Shown: positions 19,082-28,212, numbered from the stretch's first letter. The stretch is 64,000 nucleotides of DNA from an uncultured Azospirillum sp. (GCA_964530085.1 CAZGXX010000003.1:210864-274863); one strand, 5' to 3'. Numbers and translations: made by a program. Notes: generated by a model not told the origin, from the sequence alone.

Positions 19082-19588
19082 TCAGCGTTTAATACCAGAA
19101 TCTTTTAGTACATTAAAAAGACCCGGTGCAATAATGTCATTTGTGTCGAGATTAAGCTTCTCCGTCTTGTATTCGTGCACAGATTCTTTTACCTCGAGAT
19201 CTCGTTGTACTTTCGCACGTTCGACAATAGCATTTATAGTTTTTGTAAACCTCGTGTCTCCATTCAAAAGTCTTGATCGGTCAATCCTGCCCATATTAGT
19301 GCCTTCTTCAACTTCAGCAGTCGCAGCCTTTCCTCTAGTTTCCTGCTCTTTATGCTTAGCAACACCTAGGTTGATTTTAGCTTTATCTAAAGATTCTCTA
19401 TCCTCATCAAGCGCATGATTGATAGCTCCAAGAACCCCAAGCGCATTACTCTCACCACGCTTGTTTATTTCCGCTTTCACGAAATCTAGCGCTTTCTGCT
19501 CAATTTCAGATATTTTTCCATCATCCTTTGCATACAGTTTCTCGAGACCATCATAAAATTTCTGTTCTGCTTTGGTAACGTCCGACAT
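19082..19588 (-). CDS. orphan hypothetical protein (168 aa, charged and helical)
   Basis: AT-rich ORF with RBS TAGGAG 7 nt upstream of the ATG. A CtrA-box-type promoter lies upstream. No family recognised. Confidence 0.7.
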   Translation of the reverse strand: MSDVTKAEQKFYDGLEKLYAKDDGKISEIEQKALDFVKAEINKRGESNALGVLGAINHALDEDRESLDKAKINLGVAKHKEQETRGKAATAEVEEGTNMGRIDRSRLLNGDTRFTKTINAIVERAKVQRDLEVKESVHEYKTEKLNLDTNDIIAPGLFNVLKDSGIKR

Positions 19589-19622
19589 TTCAGGCTCCTA
19601 TATGTATGTTCCTACATAGCCC

Positions 19623-19653
19623 ATCATACCCCCCCCGGTTAATTTTTCGTTAA
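19623..19653 (-). promoter_or_regulatory. module-B (CtrA-box-like) promoter: TTAACgaaaaaTTAAC, 9 nt, TATGAT
   Basis: On the minus strand the half-sites are at 19653-19649 and 19642-19638 (11-bp period, i.e. TTAA-N7-TTAAC). The -10 TATGAT is at 19628-19623. Confidence 0.65.
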
Positions 19654-19718
19654 TATTTTACGATTTTTACGATTTTTTTGAAAAAAGCGTGGATTTACGC
19701 GTTGCCCTCTCCACATAC

Positions 19719-19829
19719 TCCGTCATTGCGAGCGCTAGCGAAGCAATCCAGCGTCGCGCGTCGGCGCGACAGTATTTCTCTTTAAGGAGTCTGGATTGCC
19801 GCGTCGCTACGCTCCTCGCAATGACGGAG
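19719..19829. repeat. nested palindromic intergenic element (CGTCAT...ATGACG family)
   Basis: CTCCGTCATTGCGAG (19719-19733) pairs with CTCGCAATGACGGAG (19815-19829). There are inner palindromes (GCAATCCAG...CTGGATTGC). It is responsible for two spurious small ORFs. Confidence 0.8.
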
Positions 19830-19882
19830 CGTGTAGCCAATCCCTCACGGATCATCCCGCATCCTCGCATCGGCGCGTCGCC

Positions 19883-20779
19883 CTAATGCTCCAGCTCCGC
19901 GAGCTTGGGTCGGCGGAAGGTGATGATCGCCACGCCGGTCAGCGTCAGTGCGCCGCCGAGGAAGAGTTGCGGGGTGAGTGCCTCGCCAAAAATCAGCGCG
20001 CCGAAGCTGATGCCGAAGATCGGCATGAGCAGGCCAAACGGCAGCACCCGCGTCACGGGGAAACTGCGCATCAGCCAGTTCCACAGGCCGTACCCCACCA
20101 GCGTTGAAAGCAAAATGCTATACAGCACCCCGAGCCAGCTCGCCGTCAGCGCGTGGGTGATGCGTTGCCAGTGATTATCCTCGAACAGCAGGCTGATGAG
20201 CAGAAATTGCGGCACCGAAAATAGCGCAGGCCAGAACAGCATGCTCACCCAATGCGGGTGCTCGAAGGTTTTGAGGTAGAGGTTCGCCGTGCTCCACGCC
20301 GCGCAGGCGAGCAGCGCCAGCAGGAACGCCAGCCAATGTTCCGAGGCATTGGGTGTGCCCGCCACAATCACCACCCCCATGAAGGCGACCACGAGGCCGA
20401 CCGAGCGCCACGGGCCCAGATAATCCTTGAAGAAAATCGCCGCCATCGCGCAGGAAAACGGCACGCCGAGCTGTGTCGCAATCACCGCCGAGGCGATGGA
20501 GAGGCCCATATGCAGCGCGGTCATCATCAGCCCGAACTGCACGGTAATCTGCATCACCGAGAGGAAAATCATCGGCCGCATGCGTGGCCGTGGCTGGCGC
20601 AGCGCGAAGGGGGCCAGCAGCAGCGCCACGCCAATAAAACGTAGCAGCGACATCAGAAACGGCGGGAAATCCATCAGCGCAAACCGCGTTGCCGAATAAT
20701 TGCCACCCCAGACAATGGCTACCGCGACCGCGGCGAGAATCGCGTGAACGGGCATGGGGAGTGCGGCATGTTTGGTCAT
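19883..20779 (-). CDS. DMT-superfamily (EamA-like) transporter
   Basis: 298 aa with about 10 hydrophobic helices in two EamA-like halves. Confidence 0.8.
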   Translation of the reverse strand: MTKHAALPMPVHAILAAVAVAIVWGGNYSATRFALMDFPPFLMSLLRFIGVALLLAPFALRQPRPRMRPMIFLSVMQITVQFGLMMTALHMGLSIASAVIATQLGVPFSCAMAAIFFKDYLGPWRSVGLVVAFMGVVIVAGTPNASEHWLAFLLALLACAAWSTANLYLKTFEHPHWVSMLFWPALFSVPQFLLISLLFEDNHWQRITHALTASWLGVLYSILLSTLVGYGLWNWLMRSFPVTRVLPFGLLMPIFGISFGALIFGEALTPQLFLGGALTLTGVAIITFRRPKLAELEH

Positions 20780-21014
20780 CCCGCTGTTGCTAACGCAAAG
20801 CGGGGTAACAGAGCCAGTGATTTCTCAAGCGACTCATCCAACACCGCATCTATTCCGCCTAACCTGCTGTTATTCATGCTTGCGCGCCACAGGGCTCGCG
20901 CATTGAGTGAGCTTCGCCCCCTAAGCTACGAAACTTTTCTGGATTTTAACGGCGTTTTATGCGATAGTGCTCGTCCGTTAGCGACAGCCCTATTGGTATC
21001 CTCAGGATATCGGA

Positions 21015-21052
21015 ACAAAAAAAGAGGGCTTTGAGATTACTCTCAAAGCCCC
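21015..21052 (-). terminator. rho-independent terminator of the djlA-like gene
   Basis: Minus strand reads GGGCTTTGAG-agtaat-CTCAAAGCCC followed by TCTTTTTTTG. Confidence 0.85.
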
Positions 21053-21115
21053 AAGTCGCTCGGCAAGCAACTGAACTCCGGCTTTCGCCGGGATTAGGTA
21101 CCAAAGGCGTCCCCT

Positions 21116-21868
21116 CTAAAGGGTGGCGCCTTTCGTGTTTATACGCCCCCACCAACCGGCAGTGCCCGTGGTGGTGCGTGGTGATTTCTTCGCACGCAAT
21201 TGCTGCGCGGCGCGGTAAGCAGCGTTCACTGCCGCGAGTTGGTCAGACAGCACGGCAATGGTTTCAGCGCTCGCACCCGCGGCGTGGTAACGGTCAGGGT
21301 GCAGCATTTGCACCCGCGCCATATAATGGTCGCGCAGTTCCTGATCACTCACTCGCGACGACACGCCGAGCACATCGTAAGGCGAGGCACCGGCAGGCAC
21401 GAGGGTTTTCGCAATCATCTCGCGGAAGCGTTCGCGGGCGATGCCGAAAATATCGGCCACCGCACGCAGGAGCTCGAGCTCCGCCGCGTTCAGCGCCGCA
21501 TCCGCCGTGGCGATATGCAACAGACGTTGGAACAGTTCGCGGTGCAGCGCAGGTTGCCCTGCCGTCATGCTCGCGATTTGCCGCGCATATTGGAGTGCGG
21601 TGCTGTTATCCGTCACGCGCTTCACAAACAGGCTGCGCACTTGCGCTGCATCGGCCTGATCGCTCTCCACAAAGAGTGTATGAAACGCTGCGAACTCTGC
21701 TTTATTTGGCGTGCCATCAACGCTCGCCAGCTTGGCAGCGAGGGCAACCAGCGCATGGGTAAACGACATCGATTCCATCCGTGCCTGCGCCGCCACATCT
21801 GCCACGCCGACGAACGCCGAAACCGGCATCGACACAAACGGGCTAAAGAAACGCAGGACGCTGGACAT
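21116..21868 (-). CDS. DjlA-like co-chaperone (TerB-like domain + C-terminal J domain)
   Basis: The C-terminal J domain reads SPYDVLGVSSRVSDQELRDHYMARVQMLHPD (HPD motif). The N-terminal tellurite-resistance-like domain reads LAAKLASVDGTPNKAEFAAF. Confidence 0.8.
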   Translation of the reverse strand: MSSVLRFFSPFVSMPVSAFVGVADVAAQARMESMSFTHALVALAAKLASVDGTPNKAEFAAFHTLFVESDQADAAQVRSLFVKRVTDNSTALQYARQIASMTAGQPALHRELFQRLLHIATADAALNAAELELLRAVADIFGIARERFREMIAKTLVPAGASPYDVLGVSSRVSDQELRDHYMARVQMLHPDRYHAAGASAETIAVLSDQLAAVNAAYRAAQQLRAKKSPRTTTGTAGWWGRINTKGATL

Positions 21869-22173
21869 GGAGCAAAAAACTTCTGGTCGAGAGGTGAATC
21901 GTTACACCCACTATATATAGATGCCACACCGGCTTGACAACAACATTTTGTGGTAAATCGGTATTTTAGTGTCAATCCGCACTCGTGCTTTGCGGCGCGA
22001 TTTTGTCCACAATCGTTACCCACAGACCCATGCAAAAAATGTCGCTTCCGCAATCAAATTTTTGTGCAGAATTTTTCAAACGTACACATCATCGCACTTG
22101 TCTCTAGACCTTTCGCGTGAAGCGCTTTATGAGTGAGTCACCAATCACAACCGACCTTAAGGTAACGCGCGCC

Positions 22174-23025
22174 ATGAGCACCAAAAACCCACCAAGAACA
22201 CCCATCTACGAAGGCAAAGCAAAAAAACTGTTCGAGGGGCCAGAACCCGGTACCTTGATCCAGCATTTCAAGGATGATGCAACGGCGTTTAACGCCAAGA
22301 AAAAAGGCACGATTGCGGGCAAGGGCATCATCAACAATAAAATTTCGGAATTCCTGATGTCGCGCCTCGGCGATATGGGCATCCCCACCCATTTTATCCG
22401 CAGCATCAACATGCGCGAACAACTCGTGCGCGCGGTCGATATCGTGCCAATCGAAGTCATCGTTCGCAACTATGCCGCTGGCTCGTTTGCGGAGCGTTTC
22501 GGCGCGTTTGAAGGCGAGGCCCTCGGCGCTCCGCTGATGGAATTCTGCCTGAAGGACGACCGCCTCGGCGACCCGTTCATCGCGGAAGACCACATCTACG
22601 CGTTCGGCATCGCGCAGCCGGAAGAGATCGACGAAATTCGCCACTACGCGCTGCGCATTAACGACATTCTCGCCGGGCTGTTTTATGGCCACGGCATCCG
22701 CCTGATCGACCTCAAGCTCGAGTTCGGCCGCTTCTACGAAGGTGATCAGGAAATCATCGTGCTGGCGGATGAGATCTCGCCCGATACCTGCCGTTTGTGG
22801 GATGTCACCACCAACGACAAAATGGACAAAGACCGTTTCCGCCGCGACCTTGGCAAGACCGAGGAAGCCTACCGTGAAGTGGCGCGCCGCCTCGGTGTGC
22901 TGCCGAACATGAGCGTAGTAGAACCGGTAAAATTCAGCAATGCGGGCAAAGCGCCGAAAGCGAAAGCCAAGGCTGCTGCGAAGCCTGCCGCCAAAGCAAA
23001 ACCTGCGCCGAAAAAGAAGAAATAG
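22174..23025 (+). CDS. purC: phosphoribosylaminoimidazole-succinocarboxamide synthase with Lys/Ala/Pro-rich tail
   Basis: [12 protein letters not shown]...[12 protein letters not shown] and [14 protein letters not shown]. Start taken at ATG 22174. The C-terminus is [27 protein letters not shown]. Confidence 0.9.
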   Translation: MSTKNPPRTPIYEGKAKKLFEGPEPGTLIQHFKDDATAFNAKKKGTIAGKGIINNKISEFLMSRLGDMGIPTHFIRSINMREQLVRAVDIVPIEVIVRNYAAGSFAERFGAFEGEALGAPLMEFCLKDDRLGDPFIAEDHIYAFGIAQPEEIDEIRHYALRINDILAGLFYGHGIRLIDLKLEFGRFYEGDQEIIVLADEISPDTCRLWDVTTNDKMDKDRFRRDLGKTEEAYREVARRLGVLPNMSVVEPVKFSNAGKAPKAKAKAAAKPAAKAKPAPKKKK

Positions 23026-23026
23026 C

Positions 23027-23269
23027 ATGAAAGCGAAAGTACACATTACCTTGAAAAATGGCGTGCTGGATCCGCAAGGCGCGGCGATTGAATCGGCCCT
23101 CACCCATCTCGGCTTTGGCGACGTGGCGAATGCGCGCGTCGGCAAATATATCGAGCTGGAGCTGAAGCAGACCAACACGGCGGATGCGAAGCTTGCCGTC
23201 ACGCAGATGTGTGAAAAGCTGCTCGCCAACACAGTCGTCGAGAAATACGTGATCGAGCTGGTGGAGTAG
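23027..23269 (+). CDS. purS: phosphoribosylformylglycinamidine synthase subunit PurS
   Basis: MKAKVHITLKNGVLDPQGAAIESAL. The ATG is 1 nt after the purC stop. Confidence 0.9.
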   Translation: MKAKVHITLKNGVLDPQGAAIESALTHLGFGDVANARVGKYIELELKQTNTADAKLAVTQMCEKLLANTVVEKYVIELVE

Positions 23270-23272
23270 ACG

Positions 23273-23962
23273 ATGCAATCTGCCGTCATCGTTTTCCCCG
23301 GTTCCAATTGCGACCGCGACGTGTTCACCATCATGGAAGCACAAGCGCTGAACCCGCGCATGGTTTGGCATGATGATGCGTCGTTGCCCGAAGGGCTCGA
23401 CCTCGTGGTGCTACCCGGCGGGTTTTCGTATGGTGATTATTTACGCTGCGGCGCGATGGCGGCACGCTCGCCCATCATGCAGGATGTGATTCGCTTTGCT
23501 GAGCGTGGCGGCCATGTGCTCGGCATCTGCAACGGCTTTCAAATCCTCTGCGAATCCGGCCTGCTGCCCGGCACGCTGATGCGCAACAACCACCTCAAAT
23601 TCCACTGCAAGGAAACCATGCTGCGTGTGGAGGCGAATGATTCCGCCTTCACCAGTAAATACACGCGGGGCGAAGTCATCAACCTGCCCGTCGCCCATGC
23701 GGAGGGGAATTATTTCGCGGACGCCGAAACCCTCAAAGCGCTGAACGACAACCAGCAGGTCGCGTTTCGCTATGCGGATGCAAACGGTGCGGTGAATGCC
23801 GCCGCGAACCCGAACGGCACCTGCGAGAACATCGCAGGCATCACCAACACGGGCAAAAACGTGCTGGGCTTAATGCCGCACCCCGAGCGCCACAGCGACG
23901 CTGCGCTCGGCGGTGTGGCTGGCGCACGCATGTTCCAGTCCCTCCTCGCGCGCTTTGCGTAG
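23273..23962 (+). CDS. purQ: phosphoribosylformylglycinamidine synthase glutaminase subunit PurQ
   Basis: GFSYGDYLRCGA, the nucleophile motif GICNGFQIL, and MPHPER. Confidence 0.92.
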   Translation: MQSAVIVFPGSNCDRDVFTIMEAQALNPRMVWHDDASLPEGLDLVVLPGGFSYGDYLRCGAMAARSPIMQDVIRFAERGGHVLGICNGFQILCESGLLPGTLMRNNHLKFHCKETMLRVEANDSAFTSKYTRGEVINLPVAHAEGNYFADAETLKALNDNQQVAFRYADANGAVNAAANPNGTCENIAGITNTGKNVLGLMPHPERHSDAALGGVAGARMFQSLLARFA

Positions 23963-24075
23963 CCGATTCGCACGGCATTTTATCTAATTTCATCACCAAA
24001 AAATACACCTGAAATGGGCGGATTTCTGTCTTTTTTCGTGTTGCATGCATTTTTCCACTAAAATTGTTTGCACCG

Positions 24076-24107
24076 TTAACCATCCGTTAACTTCTCTTTG
24101 CTATATT
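24076..24107 (+). promoter_or_regulatory. module-B (CtrA-box) promoter: TTAACCATccgTTAAC, 10 nt, TATATT
   Basis: Half-sites at 24076-24080 and 24087-24091 give exactly TTAA-N7-TTAAC and include the TTAACCAT 8-mer. The -10 TATATT is at 24102-24107, preceded by TGC. Confidence 0.7.
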
Positions 24108-24155
24108 CACCCTATGAGCGGCGAATAACAGCCAAGCACAGGGTAGGTGGTTAGA

Positions 24156-24431
24156 ATGTCAGTAACTGGTGTAAGCGTGAATCCATATCATACGGTGTTT
24201 CAGGGTAATGCCCTGAAACAAGCGCGGGACTTGGCTCTGCCGAACCAGTTCATTGACCATTTTGTGCAGCAGCACAGCGAGCTAACCAGTCCCTACCCGC
24301 TCGTAGGCGATGCGGTGGCGAAGTCGCGAATCAGCGGCGCGGTGAATGTTGATAATGGCAGCCTCTTCGCTGCCCAGTCCTTCGAAGGGACACCGAATTC
24401 AGGTAAGAGCGGTAACTACCGCACTACCTAA
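24156..24431 (+). CDS. orphan hypothetical protein (91 aa)
   Basis: ATG 24156 with RBS AGGTGG 6 nt upstream. The listed start at 24147 is a GTG. Followed by a terminator. No family recognised. Confidence 0.6.
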   Translation: MSVTGVSVNPYHTVFQGNALKQARDLALPNQFIDHFVQQHSELTSPYPLVGDAVAKSRISGAVNVDNGSLFAAQSFEGTPNSGKSGNYRTT

Positions 24432-24457
24432 CCAAGTTTTACGTGGTTTGCCAACTG

Positions 24458-24490
24458 GGCCGGGTCCTTAAAAAGATCCGGCCTTTTTTT
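24458..24490 (+). terminator. rho-independent terminator
   Basis: GGCCGGGTC-cttaaaaa-GATCCGGCC followed by TTTTTTTG. Confidence 0.75.
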
Positions 24491-24609
24491 GTTTGCGTAA
24501 CGCGCGCCTTCGTAAATTCGTGTCGCGCGTAGCCTTCCATGGCGAGCCCAAAGGGAGGGTGTTTAAGGGTGATAGCCTCATCAGGCGCAAAGCGCGAATA
24601 AAAGCACGC

Positions 24610-24840
24610 TCACTTCGCGTGCGTCACCACCGCCAGCGCGTGGAGCGTGGTGCCGAGATCAGCGCCAAACGCTGCGTTCACCATGCGGTGCTGCGCCACA
24701 CGGTTGAGGCCGGAGAACGCCGCACTCGTCACCGTGATTTTCCAGTGGTCGTTATCGCCCGCCAGATCCTCCAGCAGAATTTCAGCATCCGGGATGGCGG
24801 TTTTCACGCGGCGGGTGATTTCCTCGGCAGTCATGGGCAT
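24610..24840 (-). CDS. bolA: BolA-family protein
   Basis: 76-aa product MPMTAEEITRRVKTAIPDAEILLEDLAGDNDHWKITVTSAAFSGLNRVAQHRMVN. The size and the H-containing motif are typical of BolA. Confidence 0.8.
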   Translation of the reverse strand: MPMTAEEITRRVKTAIPDAEILLEDLAGDNDHWKITVTSAAFSGLNRVAQHRMVNAAFGADLGTTLHALAVVTHAK

Positions 24841-24940
24841 AGCAACACTCCTCATCGTTATCAGCGAATGACCAAGGGTGTAGCACCCATTTCGCTCCCC
24901 TCAAAGCACAATAACCATCTGATTTATATGCACTGAAAAT

Positions 24941-24984
24941 GTCATAAAACTGTCACACACAGCTGCAGCGAAATTGGGTATTCT
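24941..24984 (+). promoter_or_regulatory. module-A promoter: aTGTCATAAAACTGTCAC, 22 nt, TATTCT; predicted leaderless transcript
   Basis: The 18-mer at 24939-24956 matches the Pho-box consensus at 17 of 18 positions. The -10 TATTCT is at 24979-24984. The ATG at 24991 is 7 nt downstream and has no RBS. Confidence 0.65.
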
Positions 24985-24990
24985 GGGATC

Positions 24991-25506
24991 ATGGAATTAA
25001 CCCCACAGGAAAAATCACGCGTCTGGTGGAGCGGCACGATCAAAGGTGCTGTGAAGGGCGCATTGATGGGACTAGCAATTGGCGTGGCCAGCGCATTGCT
25101 TCTCCAGTTCGCCTTGATCCCTCTCTTGCCCTCACTCGGCCCCGTCTTCGGCGCGTTCCTCACGATGACTCCTTCCGCGGCGGCCACATGGGTAGGCGGT
25201 ATCGCTCCTCTTTCGGCCTTCTCCACCATTCCGCTCGCCGTATTCAGCGGCCTGAGTGGCCTGTTCAGCGGTGTGTTTTCTTCCGGAGAGCAAGCCGTTA
25301 CCGCCTATAAAGAGCAAAAAGAACATGCGCTGCAGGACATGAAGCTCGCGCAGATCGAAGGTCGCGGTCAGGCGGTTTCCTACGCGACGGCACCCGCACA
25401 TAATCTGCAATCCGGCTTATCGAGCACACCCGGCACCCGCATCTCCGCTGCCGAGGCTGAGATCAGCCGCCTGCAAAACGCGCCGACCAGCCTTTCACTG
25501 CACTAG
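24991..25506 (+). CDS. orphan small-residue-rich multi-pass membrane protein
   Basis: GTIKGAVKGALMGLAIGVASALL followed by further Gly/Ala/Ser-rich hydrophobic segments and a polar C-terminal tail. Same architecture as the 33726-35497 proteins. Confidence 0.7.
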   Translation: MELTPQEKSRVWWSGTIKGAVKGALMGLAIGVASALLLQFALIPLLPSLGPVFGAFLTMTPSAAATWVGGIAPLSAFSTIPLAVFSGLSGLFSGVFSSGEQAVTAYKEQKEHALQDMKLAQIEGRGQAVSYATAPAHNLQSGLSSTPGTRISAAEAEISRLQNAPTSLSLH

Positions 25507-25509
25507 TCG

Positions 25510-26796
25510 TTATTGATACATAATCGCTGGGTGCTGCGCGAGGCGTACCTGAATCGCGTTCCAATTTAAGTTTGGCAGCAGTTCCTGATGCCTCAGGAAT
25601 ACGCGCTGATGCAGGTGCAGCTCGGCATAAAGCGCGGCGAGCTGCGCCCTCACCTCCCCGGCTGCTGCGCCGGATTGGCCGCTGACCAACGCGACGATTT
25701 CCGCCACACTGCGCTTACCATCCATCGCCGCGAGTAGCGCCTGGCTGTGCGCGTGGGTGGTGATGTTGCACGAAGCTGCGGCTTCTGCTGCCGAGTCATA
25801 GGACGGCGCAATAACAATCACCATCTCCTCTGCAAACTGCGCAGGCTGCTTATCCTGAATCGAGGCGTAGAATTGATGCGTGCGCATGCCGCCATGCATC
25901 GCATCGGCAATGACATGCTGCTCATATTCCGCACGCCCGGCCACCAGATCACGCAGCAGCGGGGCCTTCACATGCGTTTCCACCTGATAATTGGTACGCC
26001 CGCTTCCCATGAAACTGACGAGTGCCAGACCGCACTGGTCAAGCGCCTGATAGATATCCGCCGCCGTGAACGTATGGGCAAAGGGTTGTAGCAGTAACGC
26101 TTCGATCCCACTGCCATCCAGCGCGTTCAGCTCTGCTATAAAATCCGCACAGTTATGCCCCAGCCAATGGTCTGGCGGAACGGCACGTAAAAACTCGCGC
26201 ACGATTTCGATCTTCAGGTCACGCGGCATATAATCGGTGATGAGATGCTGCATTAAAGATTGCAGCATCTGCAAGGGCAAGCGGCCATAGGTCGCGTTGA
26301 GGGAGAGCAGCATCACCCCATCATCCGCGAGCACTGCGCCAAGTGCTGCTAGGCCCTCCAAGGGGTCTTCCAGATGATCGAGCACATGACTGCATTCGAT
26401 AATGTCGAACTCACCCAGTTCTGCACCTGGCAAGTCGAGCAACGACATCTGCCGATGCTCCACGTTCGTCAGGCCACGCTTGGCGAGACGGGATCTCGCC
26501 AGCACAATCGCCGTTTCCGAAGTTTCAATCGCGGTGATTTTTACCGTCGTACCGCGTGCTTGTTCGGCGAGCAGCACCGTCGCATCACCATTCCCGGCAC
26601 CAACGACGAGAATCCGTGCGCCACCGCGCAGATCGCGTTTTCCGCCCCAGCCGAAATGGTTCAGCGCATCGAATGACAGTGCGTCGTTTGGAAAAAGCTT
26701 ACTACGCTCATCCGACAAATTGCGGCTCGGATAAATGGGAGCAGGCACGGCTTCGGGTGCGTCGAGAGTGCTCATACGAAGGTTGGTCGAGATCAT
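25510..26796 (-). CDS. class I SAM-dependent methyltransferase with long C-terminal extension (paralog 1)
   Basis: Motif I ILVVGAGNGDATVLLAE, then FDIIECSHVLDHLEDP. The roughly 250-aa C-terminal domain aligns with the neighbouring paralog. Confidence 0.8.
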   Translation of the reverse strand: MISTNLRMSTLDAPEAVPAPIYPSRNLSDERSKLFPNDALSFDALNHFGWGGKRDLRGGARILVVGAGNGDATVLLAEQARGTTVKITAIETSETAIVLARSRLAKRGLTNVEHRQMSLLDLPGAELGEFDIIECSHVLDHLEDPLEGLAALGAVLADDGVMLLSLNATYGRLPLQMLQSLMQHLITDYMPRDLKIEIVREFLRAVPPDHWLGHNCADFIAELNALDGSGIEALLLQPFAHTFTAADIYQALDQCGLALVSFMGSGRTNYQVETHVKAPLLRDLVAGRAEYEQHVIADAMHGGMRTHQFYASIQDKQPAQFAEEMVIVIAPSYDSAAEAAASCNITTHAHSQALLAAMDGKRSVAEIVALVSGQSGAAAGEVRAQLAALYAELHLHQRVFLRHQELLPNLNWNAIQVRLAQHPAIMYQ

Positions 26797-26806
26797 GCTA
26801 TTCCCC

Positions 26807-28183
26807 TTATGCTGCCGTTTGAATGGGCGGAACCGATTTCAACCGCTCGACAATGTCGAACCACTGGATATACGGCGGCACATCCTTATGGCGTAAAAAC
26901 ACACGGCGGCGGCTGTTGAGCTCGTGGTAGAGCTGCCGGAGATTCTCCCGCACCTCATCCACCGCCGCGCCTGTTTCCTGCGCCACCTGAGCAACGATAT
27001 CGACGATGGGGCGCTCGTTCCCAAGCCATTTCAGCAACGCAATCGTATGTGCGCGCTTGGTAATCACCAGCGAGGGTGCTTTGAGCATAGCCACCGGCTG
27101 CTCCAACTGCGCACCCATCTCAAGTGGCGCGAGCGCTGTGATGAGCGATGCGGTGAAATCGGTAAACACACGCTGGCGAAAGCCAAGCGCAATCACCATG
27201 TCATCCGCAAATTCTGCCCCAACTTTTGGCTGCTTTGTAACGTAAAAGGAATGCTTTGCAATCGAACCACTCATCAGTTCTGCAATGGCTTGGCGTTCGG
27301 GTATCGACTTCTCTGCCACCAGCGCGCGCAGCAGCGCCGAGCGCGTATAGACCTCCGGCACATAGGCCATCTCGCCTTCCCACTCGCCGCAGAAATTGCC
27401 CATATAGAGCCCCGCCCCCTCCACCCACTCATAGAGATCTGGCACGGTGTAGGCACGATCGGTAGAGTGCAGGAACAAATCATAGGCCCCGGCGCCGCTT
27501 TCTTCCTCGATGTCCAGCTTCGACCAGTCATAGGCATGGGTCATGGGATGAGTCTTCGGCAGCTCTTTTAAAAACGCGCGCGCGATGTCGATTTTTACCA
27601 TCGGATGGGTGTCTGGCGCGATGAGATACTGCATCAATGCCTGTATGCTATAGATCGCAAGGCGGCCATAGAGCGCATAGACCATGATCGACATGATGCC
27701 GTCGTCTTTCAGCACCGCACCGAGCGCTTGTAGCCCCGCACTCGGATCTTCGAGATGGTGAAGTACTCCGCCCGATTCAATAAAATCAAACTGGCCAAGC
27801 CCTGCTGTTGGCAGGTCGAGGATCGACATATGATGCAGCGTCACATTCGTCAGCCCACGCTCGGCAAGGCGATTTTTACAGATGGCGATGGAAGCGGTCG
27901 AGAGATCAATCGACACAATCTCCGCATCTGTTCCGCGCAGTTGCTCGGCGAGGAATACCGTCGTATCGCCCGTACCCTGACCCGCCACCAAAAATCTGGC
28001 TCCCTTACGCAAATCGCGCATGCCAGCCCAGCCTTCATGGTTGATGCTATCAAGTGAGGCGTTATCGGACGTATAGAGAATCTCGCGCTCTTTGGTGTAG
28101 TCGCGCATCGGGTAAGGTAGCATTTCATACTGCCCGCGCACCGATTCAACATAGACCTTAGGGGTGGAAGACTGCTCCGTCAT
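26807..28183 (-). CDS. class I SAM-dependent methyltransferase with long C-terminal extension (paralog 2)
   Basis: FLVAGQGTGDTTVFLAE and FDFIESGGVLHHLEDP. Collinear with 25510-26796 over the whole length, ending in ...RRVFLRHKDVPPYIQW versus ...QRVFLRHQELLPNLNW. Confidence 0.8.
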   Translation of the reverse strand: MTEQSSTPKVYVESVRGQYEMLPYPMRDYTKEREILYTSDNASLDSINHEGWAGMRDLRKGARFLVAGQGTGDTTVFLAEQLRGTDAEIVSIDLSTASIAICKNRLAERGLTNVTLHHMSILDLPTAGLGQFDFIESGGVLHHLEDPSAGLQALGAVLKDDGIMSIMVYALYGRLAIYSIQALMQYLIAPDTHPMVKIDIARAFLKELPKTHPMTHAYDWSKLDIEEESGAGAYDLFLHSTDRAYTVPDLYEWVEGAGLYMGNFCGEWEGEMAYVPEVYTRSALLRALVAEKSIPERQAIAELMSGSIAKHSFYVTKQPKVGAEFADDMVIALGFRQRVFTDFTASLITALAPLEMGAQLEQPVAMLKAPSLVITKRAHTIALLKWLGNERPIVDIVAQVAQETGAAVDEVRENLRQLYHELNSRRRVFLRHKDVPPYIQWFDIVERLKSVPPIQTAA

Positions 28184-28212
28184 GATGACTCCTTATGTCT
28201 ATGCTGTCGCGT

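Noticed and set aside
20946-21155. Considered a tmRNA, another ncRNA or a small ORF (69 aa) in the interval 20946-21155, and the 243-aa plus-strand ORF 21031-21762.
   Set aside because: No tRNA-like T-arm or tag-reading frame was found. The hairpins there are explained as the djlA-like terminator and a stem overlapping its 3' end. The plus-strand ORF is antisense to the J-domain gene.
21869-22116. A possible purine or ZTP riboswitch upstream of purC.
   Set aside because: I could not find the conserved ZTP (pfl) or purine-riboswitch core sequences by eye. The interval also has to hold the divergent djlA-like promoter. This is left for an Rfam scan.
22138-23361. A 407-aa minus-strand ORF spanning purC, purS and purQ.
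   Set aside because: It is antisense to three genes with diagnostic motifs. It has no RBS, and its composition is that of a shadow ORF.
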